A stretch of 64,000 nucleotides of DNA, from NCBI RefSeq assembly GCF_009914755.1, contig NC_060925.1; one strand, written 5' to 3'. Position 1 is the first letter of the stretch, and each line of letters begins with the position of its first letter. Of this stretch, positions 12,595-28,093 are shown piece by piece. Source of the DNA: the human T2T-CHM13v2.0 reference genome, Homo sapiens. Below the pieces are notes generated by a model. The model had not been told where the DNA came from and made no database searches. It was given only the letters and a program-made list of their open reading frames with translations. The position numbers were made by a program, and so were the translations under genes.

Positions 12595-14979
12595 CTCTCT
12601 CCCTCCCTTTCTCCCTCCTTCTCTGCCCTGCCCACTGAGCCCTGAGCCCTCCAGGTTCTCTGGGGACAGACTTTCCCAGGCATAGGAGGATTCGTTTTCC
12701 TGCATAGCATTATAAGCACCTGTCAATTTCACTATCTGGCTATAAGAACACAGAGCTATATTTGTTGAAAAATAGGAAGCTTGGGGTCAAGGATGAAAAA
12801 AGAGTGGAGCCTTATCCTAGGTCCTGTGGTGGCTGCTGTTTGGGTGCTCCAGGGGTCCCCCAGAAAGCCTCCCAGATCCTCTCCACCAATTGAAATGCTG
12901 AGGATGTCCTACATTTATTTGTTGCTTTCTTGGGGGTGAGTGGGTGCTTTAGAGGGGACCTTACAGCTTTTGCTGGCTTTCAGTATCATTTCCCTGTTCC
13001 TGTATCGCAGTGCTGGATTTATTTTCACAGAGAGGGCAGCCGTTCTCTGAATTCATGAGTGCCATGGATTTTAAGACAATGTTTTCTGAGAACGGCAAAA
13101 TTATGGGGCCAGAAAACAGATAAATTGTTGCCAGGAAAGGGGAAGGGACTCATTACAAGAGCAACAGGAAGGAATTTGGTGCGTGGAAGTTGGGGGCGGT
13201 TGATAGAAGTATTCTCTCTCTTGATTGTGGTGGTAGTTACGTGACTGTGTGTATGTCTAAATCCATAATTTTACATCAGAAAGAGTGAATTTTACTGTGT
13301 ATGACTTTATAACAATTATTTTAAAAAGTTTTTTTAAATGTCTACCTATTTAAAAACCGGGCTATAGATGTTTGAGTCAGTGCTTTTGTCTCAGGGCTAT
13401 CAAAACGCAGTGTGGCCTGCTGGAAAGAGCACAAGGCTTGAGTCTGAGTCTGCCGTGATCCTCAGTTAGGCCTCTTACAGGCCGCATCTCCACATCTGTT
13501 AAGAAAAACACCACCACGACATAAGAGGATAATGAAAACTATCTCATGAAGCTGTGATGAAGATTTAAATAAAAGGATGCATCACGAAGTGAGAGACGCA
13601 TACCTAGTAGAGGCTAATTTGTGTTAACTTTTGTTTCTATCACTCTTTCTGGCAGTCACAAGCATCTCTAAAATGCTTTTTGCATGCATAATGCTAGCAA
13701 CAGCTATTTGTTTGTATGACTCAGTCTCCAGGCTTAACTTTCCCTTTTGCATAAGGAGTTTGGGGGTGCTTGAGATTGTTACATTTTCCTTTACATGTAT
13801 AATATACTCACTTTTTGTCAAGAAGTAGACATGAGCAATGAGTTAGTGGAAGATACCCAGTCAGAGAAAGGTTTAACGAAGGAAAACTCCCGTTTGTATT
13901 CGGGTCCAGGATTTTAGACTACAGAAGGTATGGGGAAATGATAACAAGGGCCTCATTAGGAAGGTGCTTTTGTTTTCCTGCCTGTGTTTTCCGGGAGCCA
14001 TTGAAGTCTGGGTACTTTGCATTTATCCTGTGGCTAAAATGTCTATTCGCTTTGCAGCTCTGGGTTGGTTTTGCTTTAGAACTCCGTGCTGGGTCTGACC
14101 ATCCTATACTGGTTTCTCTACTGAAGCTTGATGCCCTGAAGGCAGTCAATTTCTTTTTGACCCAAATCTTCCATGAAAAATTACTGACTTCTTATAGAGG
14201 TCCACAGGAAGATGAGTTTTCAAAGCCTTTCCCGTGCTTATCTGGCCAACGTGGTGATGTGCATTCTGGTGATACTTTGTTATCACAAGGGCTTTGTCGT
14301 TGATCGACACCTTCCTGGGTCTACGGTCCTTGCCAGGCTGCTGAGCACCATTCCCCCATTTTACAGCTGGGCCCATTAAGGTGAAGCAATTTGCTTTGGA
14401 CTTTGTTACAGAGGAAGTCAGCAACAGGGCTCAGTGCCAATCTTAGCATGAACTTCCTCGAATTGTAAGAGCCCTTTTCTTTTCCAGTTTCATGACAGCT
14501 CTCCTCCAAGCCTTTCTGAGGACTCTGGAAACTATCAGCTGCTGTTGGCCCTGGTTCGTAGATGTTACAGAAATTGAATGGGGGCCAGACAGGAGCCAGG
14601 GAAATCAGTGAGCCAGGCTTCCTCCGCTGTGAAGTGGCTCTTTTGTACGGGCTGTTCTGGCCATAATACCTGCGTAATTTTTTTCTTTCCTGTCTGCAAC
14701 CTAGCCTGCGGGGTGCTTTCTGTTTCCATTGCTTTTTCTACATAATGGGCTCCCTGGACAGTACCACTCTCCCAGACTTCTCATCCCAGCTGCTTCCTTT
14801 CTGAGCCAGTAGCTCTCACCAAAGAGGCCAAAAGAGGACCTGGCAATGTTGAGTCATTGCGTGCAGTATGTGAGTAGCCAGTGTGTGAACACAGCTGCAG
14901 TGAACGGAATTAGCAATAAGACACAACGCAACCAGGTAGCCTCATTTGTTCAGATTGAGGTCTTCAAAAAGCATTTTAA

Positions 14980-15600
14980 GTTTACGGGTGGAAAGGTGTG
15001 ATACCTTTCCTCAGCCATCATTAAGGGCTAACACTCCTATAACAAAAACAAGTTAACGAGAAAAACATAACACATTTATTTAATCAGAGTTTTACATGGC
15101 ACAGGAGGCTTCAGAAATGAAGACCCAAAGACCCAGGAAAAACTATTTTTATGCTCAGATTTAATGCAGAATAGTCAGCTATGAAGGAATGTGATTGGAC
15201 AAAATGGGTATGATCTAATGGTTATAGACTGGGGGGTGAGCGGACCAGCAAGCCCTGTCTGTTCAGATTCTTCTTGGACGCTCTGCATAGTATTTATTCC
15301 TCTTGGGTATGGGGCCGGACTCCTCTAAATGGAGGGCCTTCAAGGGAGAAGGAAGAGAGTGACCTTTCTAGGTTTTATGTTTGCTTTGAGGGAGAGGAGT
15401 CCTAGTTTCTAAGACTGGCTTTGAGGAAGAGGAATTCTGGTTTCTATGGCTTGCATCCAGGGAGAAAAAGGAGTGTGAGAGGGGAGGGCAAGAGAAGGCA
15501 GAGAGATCTTGCTTCTGAGGCCTTCCAATCTCCTTTGGTTCAAAGTACTCAGGCATACCAAAGTGTCACACTTAGGGGTATCATACTGTGAGCCACAACA
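14980..15600 (-). mobile_element. ERV1-class solo LTR (MER34/MER39-like), related to 12075-12594
   Basis: Shares blocks with the first LTR (acaggag..aaatgaagacccaaag, attggacaaaa..gtatgat.taatgg). Minus strand begins TGTTGTGGCTCA. Confidence 0.72.
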
Positions 15601-18600
15601 TAAATATCTCCATTCCTTTTTACTCAATTTCACATAAAAAAAGCTGGAAAAGGTGATCCACAATGAAGATGTTTGTCCTCCTTGTCTTAAACTGATTTCT
15701 ATATCTAGAAATGTCTTTATTGGGCAAAAGTGCTTCCTCTTCAGCCATAATGGGTGCAGATCTGATTCTTTCTCTTCTCTGACACTTACTGGCCCTGGGA
15801 CAGCTGGAAACTCACTTTGACTCTCCAAGGAGCACATCCCTAAATGTGTGATCTCTTGATATCTCTCCCACTTTTGAAAAGAACTGACAAGGGAAAAATG
15901 TTCACTTACCCATCAGCTGGTTTTGCTCTTTTTGTTTAATGTCTTTGGGGAGAAAGCAAAGAGCTAGGACATGAAGAAAACTTCTATCTCCACTACATTT
16001 TGAAGTTTTGCAAACCCAGCCATCTTTCCCAAGAGCAGAGCAGTAGAAGCAACCAGGATGCAACCAGGGTTGGTAATTGGTTGGTTAATTAAAAAGTCAG
16101 AAAAGACAGAGAGTCATAAAAGATGATGCATGCGTATTTTAAACCTTTTTGTTTCTAGCTGAAAACATGCCCTCTCATTTGCTATTCATTCGATATAGGA
16201 CCAAGTATTTCTGTTTGTAGAGCCTGCTGATTGGCTTTTCACATGACCCTCGTTGTGTAAACCTCACCTATCATGCATCATTAACAGTTTCCACTTTTGG
16301 TGTCTTTAAAGTGGGCTGGAAACGTTAAGAGCACTTGCAAAACAATTCTCAGCCTCCCCCTCTCTCTTAAATGTTATTGAATCTTTCCAAGGTTTCCAGC
16401 TTGCTTTTTATGGAAACAAGCACTTGTTTTCACATTAATATTTCATCGCTCTACATAGTATTTATTTAGATTGTATAATTAGGATATTTAAATATAACTG
16501 GCCTACAGAAGTGAAGAAACAAATGCAACTTGACCAATAGAAACAGAACTGCGCAGGCTTACCAGGACCCTGCCCCTGGCCTGGCCCTGGCCACTGAATT
16601 TGAGAGAGAAAGCAGAGTCCAGGGACAAGCTGGCAGGTGGCTAAGAGAGGTGTTTCTTCTGTTCAGTGAGCTGGCTCCTGCTTGTTCTCTCAGTTAATTA
16701 CTGTCATCAGCTTGTCAGCCTCCTTCACCTGCCCAAGGGAAGGAAGGGGACTCCTCTGATCTGCTGGCTTCTCCTTCTTTCGGAATATGGTGGAACCTTG
16801 CTCCATGCTCCAGGGCCTCACGGTGGCCCTTTTTCCACTAATTAAAAATAGTTCAGCGCTTCTGAGGAAAACAACCTCAGGGCTCTTGGTGACGCCGTTC
16901 ACCTTGGAAATTCCTTGTCATTCACTGGTGCAGTCTGAGGGATCGATAGCAGGATGGCGTCTGCCTGAATGGCAAGGACTCATTTTCTGCGTTTGTAACA
17001 GAGGAGGTGTTATCCAATGAATCCTCAGTGGTGTCCTGGGAGTAGCTGAGAATTTTTGTAATGTGGAAAATCAGATAGCACCCTGCCCCCTCATCACAGC
17101 TACAGTGCATTTGATTTCCCCACCACTGGGCAGCCAGGGCAGTTAAAGTCAAGAGCTTCCACTCCCCAGGAGCTTCCGGTCCCCCCATAAGCTGGTCGTG
17201 AGCTATTCCTGCCCTTCCTAACTAGGAGCAGGCAGGAGATGAACACTGGAGTTCCATGAAGCTCCTGTGTGAAATTATCTTACCTCTACCCAAGACTTAC
17301 TGCACTGCCTTTTTCAGTGAATCGTTTAATGCCTTCCATTCTGAATATGCTGGTGTTTCTGCTTTGCCAGCCATTGGTCATTCCACACCCCCTCCTCCAC
17401 CCGGCCCCCAGGTATTTCCTGGAACCATTGATTATGGCAGAGCAGATCTTATTTTGCTCATATGATTAGGAACCTCAGGCCAACAAGCTTGGGTAATAGT
17501 GAGAGAAAAGAAGAGTGGTCCTTTGCTCTTCTTTGTCTGAGTGCCTTTTGAGGGAAAGAGTAGATACCACCAACCATAGCATCTCTATCTCTTTCCAGCA
17601 AACTACAGGGGTGCCTGAGACTTTAGGGTGGGAAGCAAGCTCTCACTTGGAAGGGGTGACATCCAGAACCAGGATTAAACGCTGACATTTAAAAACAGTA
17701 ACTATGGTAGTCTTAATAGTTGCACAGTTTACAGTGAAACACTTAGAGTTCAAATTTGTTTTACTATAAAGTGAACATGGATGGAGTTTGGGATTTGATT
17801 CTGTCTTCATAGTTTCCCTTTACAGTTCAATATTTCTTAGCTCAAAGAACACATTCCCTTAAAAGGAATCCCTCAAACCACTTTTCATTTTTATTTTCTT
17901 ATACAAAAGGGCCTTAGGGTTGGATGTCCCTATCCCCAGAATCTGAATCCTTTTATTAAAGGGACTGTATCTAGGTACTAGCCGGTGCCATGAATCTCAT
18001 TTTGGATTCAAATGGATTATTTTCTCAGAGGGTTCTAATGAAGTCTGGTTTTATTCAGATTTGACTATCAAACTCAGTGTGCTTAAAGAAAAGCAGTTCA
18101 CATCCTCTTGCATGATCGTGTAATATAAACTGTAGCTTTTCAAAGGTTGCCCTTCAAGTAAACTAGAAACCACAGGCCAATTAACATATGCCAATTAGCA
18201 AGCAATTTCTTCTTCTAACAATTTGTTTGGTTCTGTTAATTACTTTTATTTAGAGCTTGTTTCTCCGAGCCACCTTCAAAACAAGCATGCAGATACTTGA
18301 AGACAATTCATTGCTTGCTCTGACCTAAAGAGATCTAAATATTTCAGATGCTTTCTTTACCACTGACGACATCTGGATGCTTTTAAAAGAAATACGCAGT
18401 TACTCAGGGAGTAACCGTATAATTTGAATATGTGGATGAATACTCGTATCAGATAGAGTAATAAAGATATACCCTTAATGTCTCAATTTTGCCTCTCTGC
18501 TTATTGGCATTTACACGACTGTAGAACTCGGCATTTATATGAAAAGACAAACACCATAAAATCTATGTCAAATACATGTGAAATATATTCTTTGTGTTGT

Positions 18601-21573
18601 GGGCAGGCATTTGTTTGAAGTAAATATTCTTTTTGTAGATAATATTTTAAAAAGAAAGACAAAACCATATCGCATTCCTGAAATGTATTTACCAAGCATG
18701 TATTTTGGAAAACAGCCCAAAGGAACATATTTAAGGCAGTGATTTTAATACTAAACTAAGGAAATAGTTTGATGCATCAGCTAAGCTCATGGATGGGGGT
18801 AATCACATCTGGTTTACCTCAAGCCAGAGGAGAAGGAGTGAGACTTGACAATGTAACAACCATTATGAGGCTCAAGTAGCGTTTTTGGCTTGTAAGCATG
18901 TATGTGTGCTGTGTTCAATTTTATGTTTTAAATTTTTTTAAAAAACTTAAATACTGCTATAGCCCCAAAATATGTAAAATATGTAAACAGTTGGCTTGAT
19001 GGCCATAAGGGAACACCTGTCCTTTTTTTTTTTTTTTTTTTTACTGTGTAGCCTGTGACTTTCACTGCAGGAATTAAATATTTTTGTGGATAGGCAAATG
19101 TACTTTTGTGGATAGGTATTGCTGATGCCTTATTACACAGCCGAAGGAAATAAGGATCTGGGTAAGCAGTTGAGTCACGGCAAAGAGTACCGTATCCAAG
19201 GTGGAGGTTCATGCTAGAGCTACAGGTACTAACCCCTCCCCTGCACCACTGATCCCTAGCAAGGGTGGAAGTAACTGATGACTTCTCTGCACAGCCCCCA
19301 GCACAATGTCTGAAAGAGAGACCTAAAGGGTAACTGCCTGTTTTCTCAGATTAATCTTAGAATCCTAGCAGTACTTCTTACTTCAGTTTGGAGATTTTTC
19401 TTATTCTATTTCTTCACACTCTTACAGACTTCACATAGCCCCTCCCTTTAGAATAACTCTTGACAGCATTTTAAGAAATAGACTATTTAAATCATCTTGA
19501 TCCAGTGACTCAACCCAAGGTGTAACCCGTCTGCTCAAATTTGTGGCAAATCTCCATTGATGATAACATTTCTGCAAATGTATGCTCTATTAGGTGTGGA
19601 AGCTTTTCCTAAGTAGAATTGGCAGCCACAGTAGTACCTGCCTACCTAGCAATTTAACTTAAACAGTTTCCTTTTCCAAAGGTATTTTCTATTCAGAATA
19701 GAAATAATAAATATGATTTCCTCATCACTCTAGATACAGCCTGATGAGATATTGTTACCAGATACTTTCTCTTATCAAAACAACCATTATTATTTCATAA
19801 TATATTCCCTACCCTTTGAATATAAGCTCCAGTTCTAAAATTTTAAATGTTGGTATCTTCCACATGTCATAGGGAAAGACTTAAGCCTTGTTTATGGGAA
19901 CTATAACTGAGTAAAAATGTCCTTGGAGACCCTGGTCATGGAATTTGTGACTGTTCTTCTACTGGGGCATGTGGTTTAGACATCTGCTCAGGCTAGCAAC
20001 TGAATGCTTTTCTGGGTATACACTTTTATAGAAAAATGTTTTTTGAAAGTCACTTTAATGGGAAAATCCTGCCCAACAAAGGAAATCCTATTTTCTGTTT
20101 TTAAATCATGCTCCCTGAGTTGGGTGAGCAGGACAGAAATTTGACATCAGCTCTAATTCAACACAGCTGAAAATTTCTGCCCAAACATTCAGGCCTACGG
20201 GTTTTGATCATGAGGTGAGTTAAGCAAATTATATTTGAAATATTGCCTGGCTGAGTCGGTGCTACTGAATCATACCCGTGTGGAGGGACAGCAGGGAAGA
20301 TGGTAGGGCTTTATTGGAGGCCAATAAAAGCCATGTGTGTACAGCAGTACTGTGGAGAGCCCCAGGACCCCATGGCTGTCCCTGTGGCAAGAAAATTATC
20401 CCAGATAAGGCTGTTCTTGGCTGCACTGAGGCAAAGGCATGTGCTCAGCATCCAGAAAGGTTCTTCTTGTTGGTTTTCCTTCCTGGCTCTTTATACTTGG
20501 GTGAAATGATCTCTTGGAAGTGTAGTCTGAAAAACAGCATAGCTTCTTCCAAGTTCTCATAAGATACAGGAGTCTCCATTCATTACTTCAATAAGCATTA
20601 CTGAGCACCTTTTATGAGCAAGGTAGGACGACGGAGGCAGGGCCAGGACCTCATCATCTGGTGAGGGAGACAGGCGGTTACACACACAGGGAGGAACTCC
20701 TCCTACCCAGAAGTAGGCAGGGTTGGAGATTCGGGATTGAAGCGTTCCTGGAAGAAGTGGAATCTGCAGAGTTTTGAAAAGAGGGGGTGTTAGGTGTAGC
20801 AATCAGACCATTTACCTGTTATAACTGCTTTTCATTCTGACCCACAGGGAAAACAATTATTCCTAGGGTTAAATGATGGGACGGATGTTCAGAAAGGAAA
20901 AAAATAATAATTTGAATTGCTGAAAGGACCGCCTGACAAGACAAATTACTGGAGAGTCTTCAAAGACACTTTGAAATGCCGAGCAACCTGTACTTTAAAT
21001 GATCCGTTCAGAATTGCAAATCCTACAGAACTCCATTTCTGCTAGGAATCCCAGTGGCTTTGTAGTGGGTGGTATTTTTAATTATCAAGTATCAGTCTTG
21101 CAGGCTTTCTCTTTTTTGTCACATTTGATTTAAAGTACAAATGGGAGCAAAAGTTACAAATTGCACACAGAGAGACACTCAGTGTGTGAAATTGTGGACA
21201 TGGTTCAGAATATGTTTATTTGGAATCCGCTGAGGTGATGGGAGAGATGGGACTGGATACTCATGTTCTTATTTGGAAAGGAGACATTCTCGCCGCCTTT
21301 CCCATGTGCCCGCTTGCTTTTCTCTGCTTCCAGCCTGATATTTTATGGACTTGTGGATGAGAGGTCCTGTGCCCATCATTGCATTCCAGATTGTCATGGC
21401 TGTTATCATTGTCACCTCCACTCATTATGCCTCTGAGTCCTGGAGGGAGCATATCCCTTTAATAAGACTGAACCCTCCAGGAATTGAGACTTTGCAGAGT
21501 TCTGAGAGTAGAAGGGAAGAGAACACCATGTCTACAGGTGCTGGCTGTTTGCTTCTCTGATTTCTTTCCATCA

Positions 21574-21972
<399 letters not shown>

Positions 21973-22872
21973 CTAAGACCCCTACCAAATCCAGCAGCAT
22001 TCTCTGCTTCTAGGTATTAAGATTCTCAGGGAAGGTTTCCGACATTCTTAATAGCCCTGAAGGAGGCAGATCTTTGTAAATGCATTTGCTGTCCTGGGAA
22101 ACAAGATGGTGTTAAGATAAGGAAGCTCCATTTCTCTTGCAGTTATAACCCAAGGCAGAGCCTCCTGATTAATACACCTGGCTTACAACTCACTATTTTG
22201 GCTTAAACAGAAATGTCAGTGCTTCCAAAGCTTTCACTGAGACACCTTCTTTGAAAAAAAAAGTTTCTTTTATTTTAAAAGAAGCAAACAAACTCTCTTC
22301 AACAGCTCCCTTTATTTACTTATTTATTTATGTAGCTTTCTATGAAGGCTTAGCAAATAAAACAGATAAAATTAGAAATTGAGGTAGAGTTGACAGTAAA
22401 AACCCTTTTCCTCCTACCAGGGGATCTCTGCAGAATAAGGCCTAAAGCCCACTGGTTTGAGAGAACATCCTCCAGCAAGGTGCTTTCCAAGCAAGGGAAA
22501 AACTAGAAGTAGTGAAATACACCTGATGCTTCCTGCAGAGACTATGCCATCCTGTGTGACCGTAACATATAAACATCACATACCAGGAGGACATGATCAT
22601 TTAAATAGACAGCAATGTTGTCCTTCAGTCTAGGCAATGGGTGTGCCCCAAGGCCAGTGTGAGGGTCCGGGAGACAGGAATCTGTATATTTCTTACCTGC
22701 CTCTCATGATTTGAGCACCTTGCTCTGCTAAGTGTCCCCTGAAGAAAGAGCCACTTCTCCCAAAGGTGGAAGAAAGTGAGGCCCTGTGGGTCGTATTGCA
22801 CTCAGATATGTTGGACTCACTGTGGTATGTCTTCCTGCGGAATTTTCTAGGAAATTTTTACTGTACTTGTTC

Positions 22873-22875
<3 letters not shown>

Positions 22876-22916
<41 letters not shown>
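22876..22916. repeat. (CA)n microsatellite
   Basis: About 20 CA units. Confidence 0.97.
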
Positions 22917-22917
<1 letters not shown>

Positions 22918-23239
22918 CCCTCAGAATATGTGCCTGTACTGTTCAATAACTTACACATTGAACTAGGAGCCAGGGATCTGGGATTACTGACCAGTGGCAG
23001 TGGTCACTTGTTGTAATGTCTTTGTTGCACTTCCCAGCCTAATGGCCATAGTGCCCTGCATGGGTAGGAGTTCCCCTCCCTGAGAGAAGTCTGGGCATTA
23101 GCACTTTAGTGAGCTTCAAAAATCTAGTCAGTCAACTCCCTAACTAGGTACCAGTGAAGATGCACTACCTGCTAGCATTTTGCAATAGTTTTATCCACTC
23201 ATGCGAGGTTCTGTGTAGGGACAACCCATGTAAGGCCCC

Positions 23240-23735
23240 TGTTTTACCTACTATGGCTGCATCAAAATCAACACAAACTTAGTGATTTAAAAGAACTATT
23301 TATGATATTCGTGGATCTGTAGATCAGAAATTGGGGTGGGGCACAGTGAGGAGGGTGTCTCTGCTCCACAATGTCTGGGTGTTAGCTGAATGACTTGAAG
23401 ACAGGGGCTGGGACCATCTGAAGGTTCAGTCCTTCCCAAGTCTGGCTGTTGACTAGGGCTTTAGCTGAGGCTCTCATCCAGACATCTACAAACAGCCCGT
23501 CCATGTAGCTGGGGCTTCCTCACAACATGGAGACTGGGTTCCAGGGTGGGTGATCTGAAAAGACATGTCACCTTTTATGACCTGACTTTGCAAGTCAGGC
23601 AGTGTCACCTTCACTATGTTCCATACATTGAAGGAATTTCAAGGGCCATCCAGGTTTAACAGGAGAAGTAATAAACTCTGTTTTTTGATGGTGGAGAGGC
23701 AATATTCCAGAAAAGTGTGTTGCTATGACCACACC
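23240..23735 (-). mobile_element. MLT1-type MaLR LTR remnant
   Basis: Resembles reverse-complement MLT1 (caaacttagtgatttaaaa...gggcttcctcacaacatgg). Subfamily uncertain. Confidence 0.6.
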
Positions 23736-23854
23736 TACACTCTGCCATACCTGGGCATGGCATGGAAATGGCCAAGGAAGTTTTGCCTAGTCCCTCATTT
23801 ATGGACTAAGAGGCAGGACCTGGGCAACTTTGCACAGCTGATACCCATGGTTCT

Positions 23855-24147
23855 TTTTTTTTTTTTTTTGAGATGGAGTCTCCTCTGTTGCCAGGCCGGA
23901 GTGCAGTGGTGCGATCTTGGCTTACTGCAACCTCCGCCTCCTGGGGTCAAGCAATTCTCCTGCCTCAGCCTCCTGAGTAGCCGGGACTACAGGCCTGCAC
24001 CACCACACCCAGCTAATTTTTGTATTATTAGCAGAGACAGGGTTTTACCATGTTGGCCAGGATGGTCTCGATCTCTTGACCTTGTGATCCACCTGCCTCG
24101 GCCTCCCAAAGTGCTGGGATTACAGGCGTGAGCCACCGCACCCAGCC
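23855..24147 (-). mobile_element. Alu (Sc-like)
   Basis: TSD ATACCCATGGTTCT at 23841-23854 and 24149-24162. Confidence 0.95.
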
Positions 24148-25553
24148 AATACCCATGGTTCTGATCCCACCCTGCTCTCTCTGGACAGACAGATTTCTTT
24201 GGACAGAACAGAATTTTTTACCAGATTGATAGAAATATATTAATCTACCCTCTCATCAGCTGTCAATTCTCAGTTTAGGTCTAAACTAATTCTATTCTCA
24301 AGATTCCAAGTGAGAGCATTATAGTAAAATAATACATCTCTTAAGTCATATCTACCCAGTTCACATTCAGTATCCTCTCAGTTCAGAATCAGAAGCTGTC
24401 AGACCAACAAGTAGAGGTTCCTGCACAAGCCTGAGAGAGATCCTGTAACTTGTGCCTTGGAAAAACAGCCCCACGAAAGAATGCCAGACAGATCTTCTCT
24501 TAGCAAACATGGTGACTTGAGCTCTCTGAATTTGTTCCCTTATGCTACATTGTTTGTTTTTTAATCTCTAAAAAAACTAAAAAAAATTTCAGGTAAATTT
24601 CTTCCTTTTTCATTATGGTTTGAATTAGGGTTTTTGATAACTTTTTTCCAAATTTTAGGGATGTTAAAGGTTCAGGAAAGTATAAAGAAGAAAATAAAAA
24701 TTTCCCATAATACTGCCCCACAAATAATAATTATAAATATTTTGATGCTTTGCCTATTTGAGTTATTTCATCATCATTAAATGCTCTTTTATTAAAAATG
24801 ACTTTAATGGCTAAATACAAATCTGCTGTACCAGAACTTATTTAACTATTCCCTTTATTGTTTGACAATTATTTCCTCTTTCCTATACTTTTAATGCCAT
24901 CATCTTTGCATGAAAAATCTTTTATTTCTATTTGATATATGTGATAGGCATTCTTCCATGCTTATTACAAGGGTTTAATAAAAGCTATTTCAATTTAAAT
25001 GAACAAATTATTTCTTTTTGATAGATTCCAGGAAAGGAAATTATTGGGTCTTAAGATATGAACAATTTAAAGCGCTTGTTATGTGGTCTGAAATTGCTTT
25101 CCAAAATTTATGCCATTACTATCAATCTGCACGTAATTTAAAAAGGAAAACAGGCAGGAATTATATGTTTGGGGGAGAAATGTAAAACTGTATTTTAAAT
25201 TTGTTTAATTTAGCTCTGATTTCATATTTGTTGTAGCCGTAAGATGAAGATTGAGTCATTTGATTTCGTTTAAGGGTGTTTTAAATTCCTTGGTTTTCTG
25301 TTCTGAGTCTATGCTTTTTCTCTCTTTAAGTGTGTTTTCAGTCATATATATTTTCCTGCTAACACTGTATGTTTCTCCTTCCTGTATGATTTGTGGTTTC
25401 ATGACTGTCAATCATTTTTTCCCAGATGTTCTTTTTCTTAGTGTCTCATTTATTTCATGTGTGATGACGGTGTTGCTCATTATCCAGTGTCTACACTTCT
25501 GTGTAATCTCCTACCCTCAATTTCATATCTTTGATTATTTTAGGGTCAGTAAA

Positions 25554-25620
25554 AATATATATATATATACACACACATATATATGTATATATGTGTATGT
25601 GTGTATATATATATATATAT
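25554..25620. repeat. Compound (TA)/(CA)/(TG) microsatellite
   Basis: Read directly. Confidence 0.9.
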
Positions 25621-26099
25621 TTATCTGTGATTTTTATGTATTTGCTGTCTTCTCACCACTGTTATGGTCAATTTTGAGTAAACCTTCAAGGGTGCTTCAC
25701 ACTAAAGTTCCTTTAATTGTGTCCATATGTCCCCACAATTGTATGTTATTGCCACTAGATTTCTTTTCTATATACACTTACTTGCAGTAAATGCGTATAG
25801 TCATTCTGTAGCTTGTAGCTCATTCTTCAGTATACTAGACTTCTCCAATATTTACAAGTTATTTGCAGTTCCCATTAGCACTATTTTATTCTAAGGTAGT
25901 TGGCCATTGGCATGTAAATTTTAAAGCTAATATAGCAAAAATCAAATTATATACTTGGATTTAATTGTTATTTGTGGAATCTGATTATAATATTATATAA
26001 TGCATAATCTCCAGACTTTTTAACAGTGACTATTACCGCACCTGGGCATTTTGTTGTTATTGTTGGGTATTCATTGTATCTTTTGTAGTAAACTTGTAG

Positions 26100-26431
<332 letters not shown>

Positions 26432-27011
26432 TGCAAAAATTTTTTAGTGTATCTTCTAAGCTTTTCACTCTTAGTTAAGGAAATATTATCTTTACATTTA
26501 AGTTTTAATTCTGAGCTCATTTCTTGCTTCTCCCCCTGCTTTATTCTAAGAATCTCTATCTTCTGTTCTCATTTTCTTAACCTTGTTTATTGTTTTCCTT
26601 TACAAGTCTGTGGCCTTCTACATGCCCAGCATTCAACTTTGGGCCCTGGGATGAATGACTAACCCATGGCCCTTACCTCACTTGAGTGGACACAGAACTT
26701 ATCAGAATGGTTGCACTACAAGGTGAAATTATTATTTGGGGCCTTTGAAGGAAAGGCTGGGTTTCAGAGAAGAGTGGGGAAGAATGCATGGGCAAAAAGA
26801 ACAGCATGAGAGAGGGCAACGGGGTTAGTCCTATTGGCAAAGCTTAGCTTGCCTTTAGGAGAGTTGAGGGGATACAGCTGAACCATGGGCTTTGTGCGAG
26901 GTCCTATGAAGACAGAGTTTAGACTCTGCTCTGTGGTGGTTTCGTGCAGGAAAGTGACATAAAGAAGGCCCTTTTCTGGCTCATAGAAATAAGTTTGAAG
27001 GGAAAAAGTGA

Positions 27012-27405
<394 letters not shown>

Positions 27406-27975
27406 CATCATCCTGCTCTTATGCGGCTTAAGCTCCCATGTATGGTGGTGGTAGCGGCGGCTCTATATGCAGTATACACCTCATGGCACTTAAATTCTAG
27501 CATTCAGGGACTGTGGTCAGTGTGTAAACAAATGTTCAGTGCCCTAGTCAATTCCTGTGTCCTTAAAGGAATATTCCCTTTGTCCTTACAGGTTAGCCCA
27601 GTTGCTCCTGTGACCCCTCTCCCCACTTTTTTTAGAATCCCTATTAAATTTTGAATTTGCCCATTGATACAGCTGGAAGATTCAGGGATTCTGTTTGATA
27701 AATCCACTTCGGGACTTGACATACTGGAAGCAGCACTTTGAAATGACCAGACAAGGGAGGTGGCCTGTGGAACTGCATAGACAAAGCTCATTCTTTGGTC
27801 ATAACTTGAAATCAGTTCACAACTTCTCAAGTTTGATACCCAGGGGAGACACAGGCCCTAGCACAATTCTGACTGAGGTGCAGAAACTGGGAGAGCTCTT
27901 TCCAGGAAGCTTCCCTTTGTGTTCTGTCTGTGTCCACGGCACTAACAAGTGATCTTGTTTTCCCCCTCTCGCCAG

Positions 27976-28093
27976 GAATCTTACATCCTTTCTGCAGAAC
28001 TTGGAGAAAAGTGTGAAGACATAGGCAAGAAGCTATTGTACTTGGAAGATCAACTTCACACAGCAATCCACAGTCATGATGAAGATCTCATTC
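27976..28093 (+). CDS. DISC1: DISC1 coding exon 12 (Glu770 to first base of Gln809), 118 nt
   Basis: U2 branch-like ACTAAC 27941-27946, pyrimidine tract and CAG acceptor (27973-27975). Translation ESYILSAELGEKCEDIGKKLLYLEDQLHTAIHSHDEDLI continues exon 11 in phase 0. Confidence 0.96.

Noticed and set aside
23616-24131. 171-aa ORF, and similar Alu-spanning ORFs (21571, 27079, 41427, 51185)
   Set aside because: Typical antisense-Alu translations.
27976-28093. Exon 12 circular RNA via flanking inverted Alus
   Set aside because: Back-splicing would join a U12 AT donor to a U2-type acceptor, which is mechanistically incompatible.
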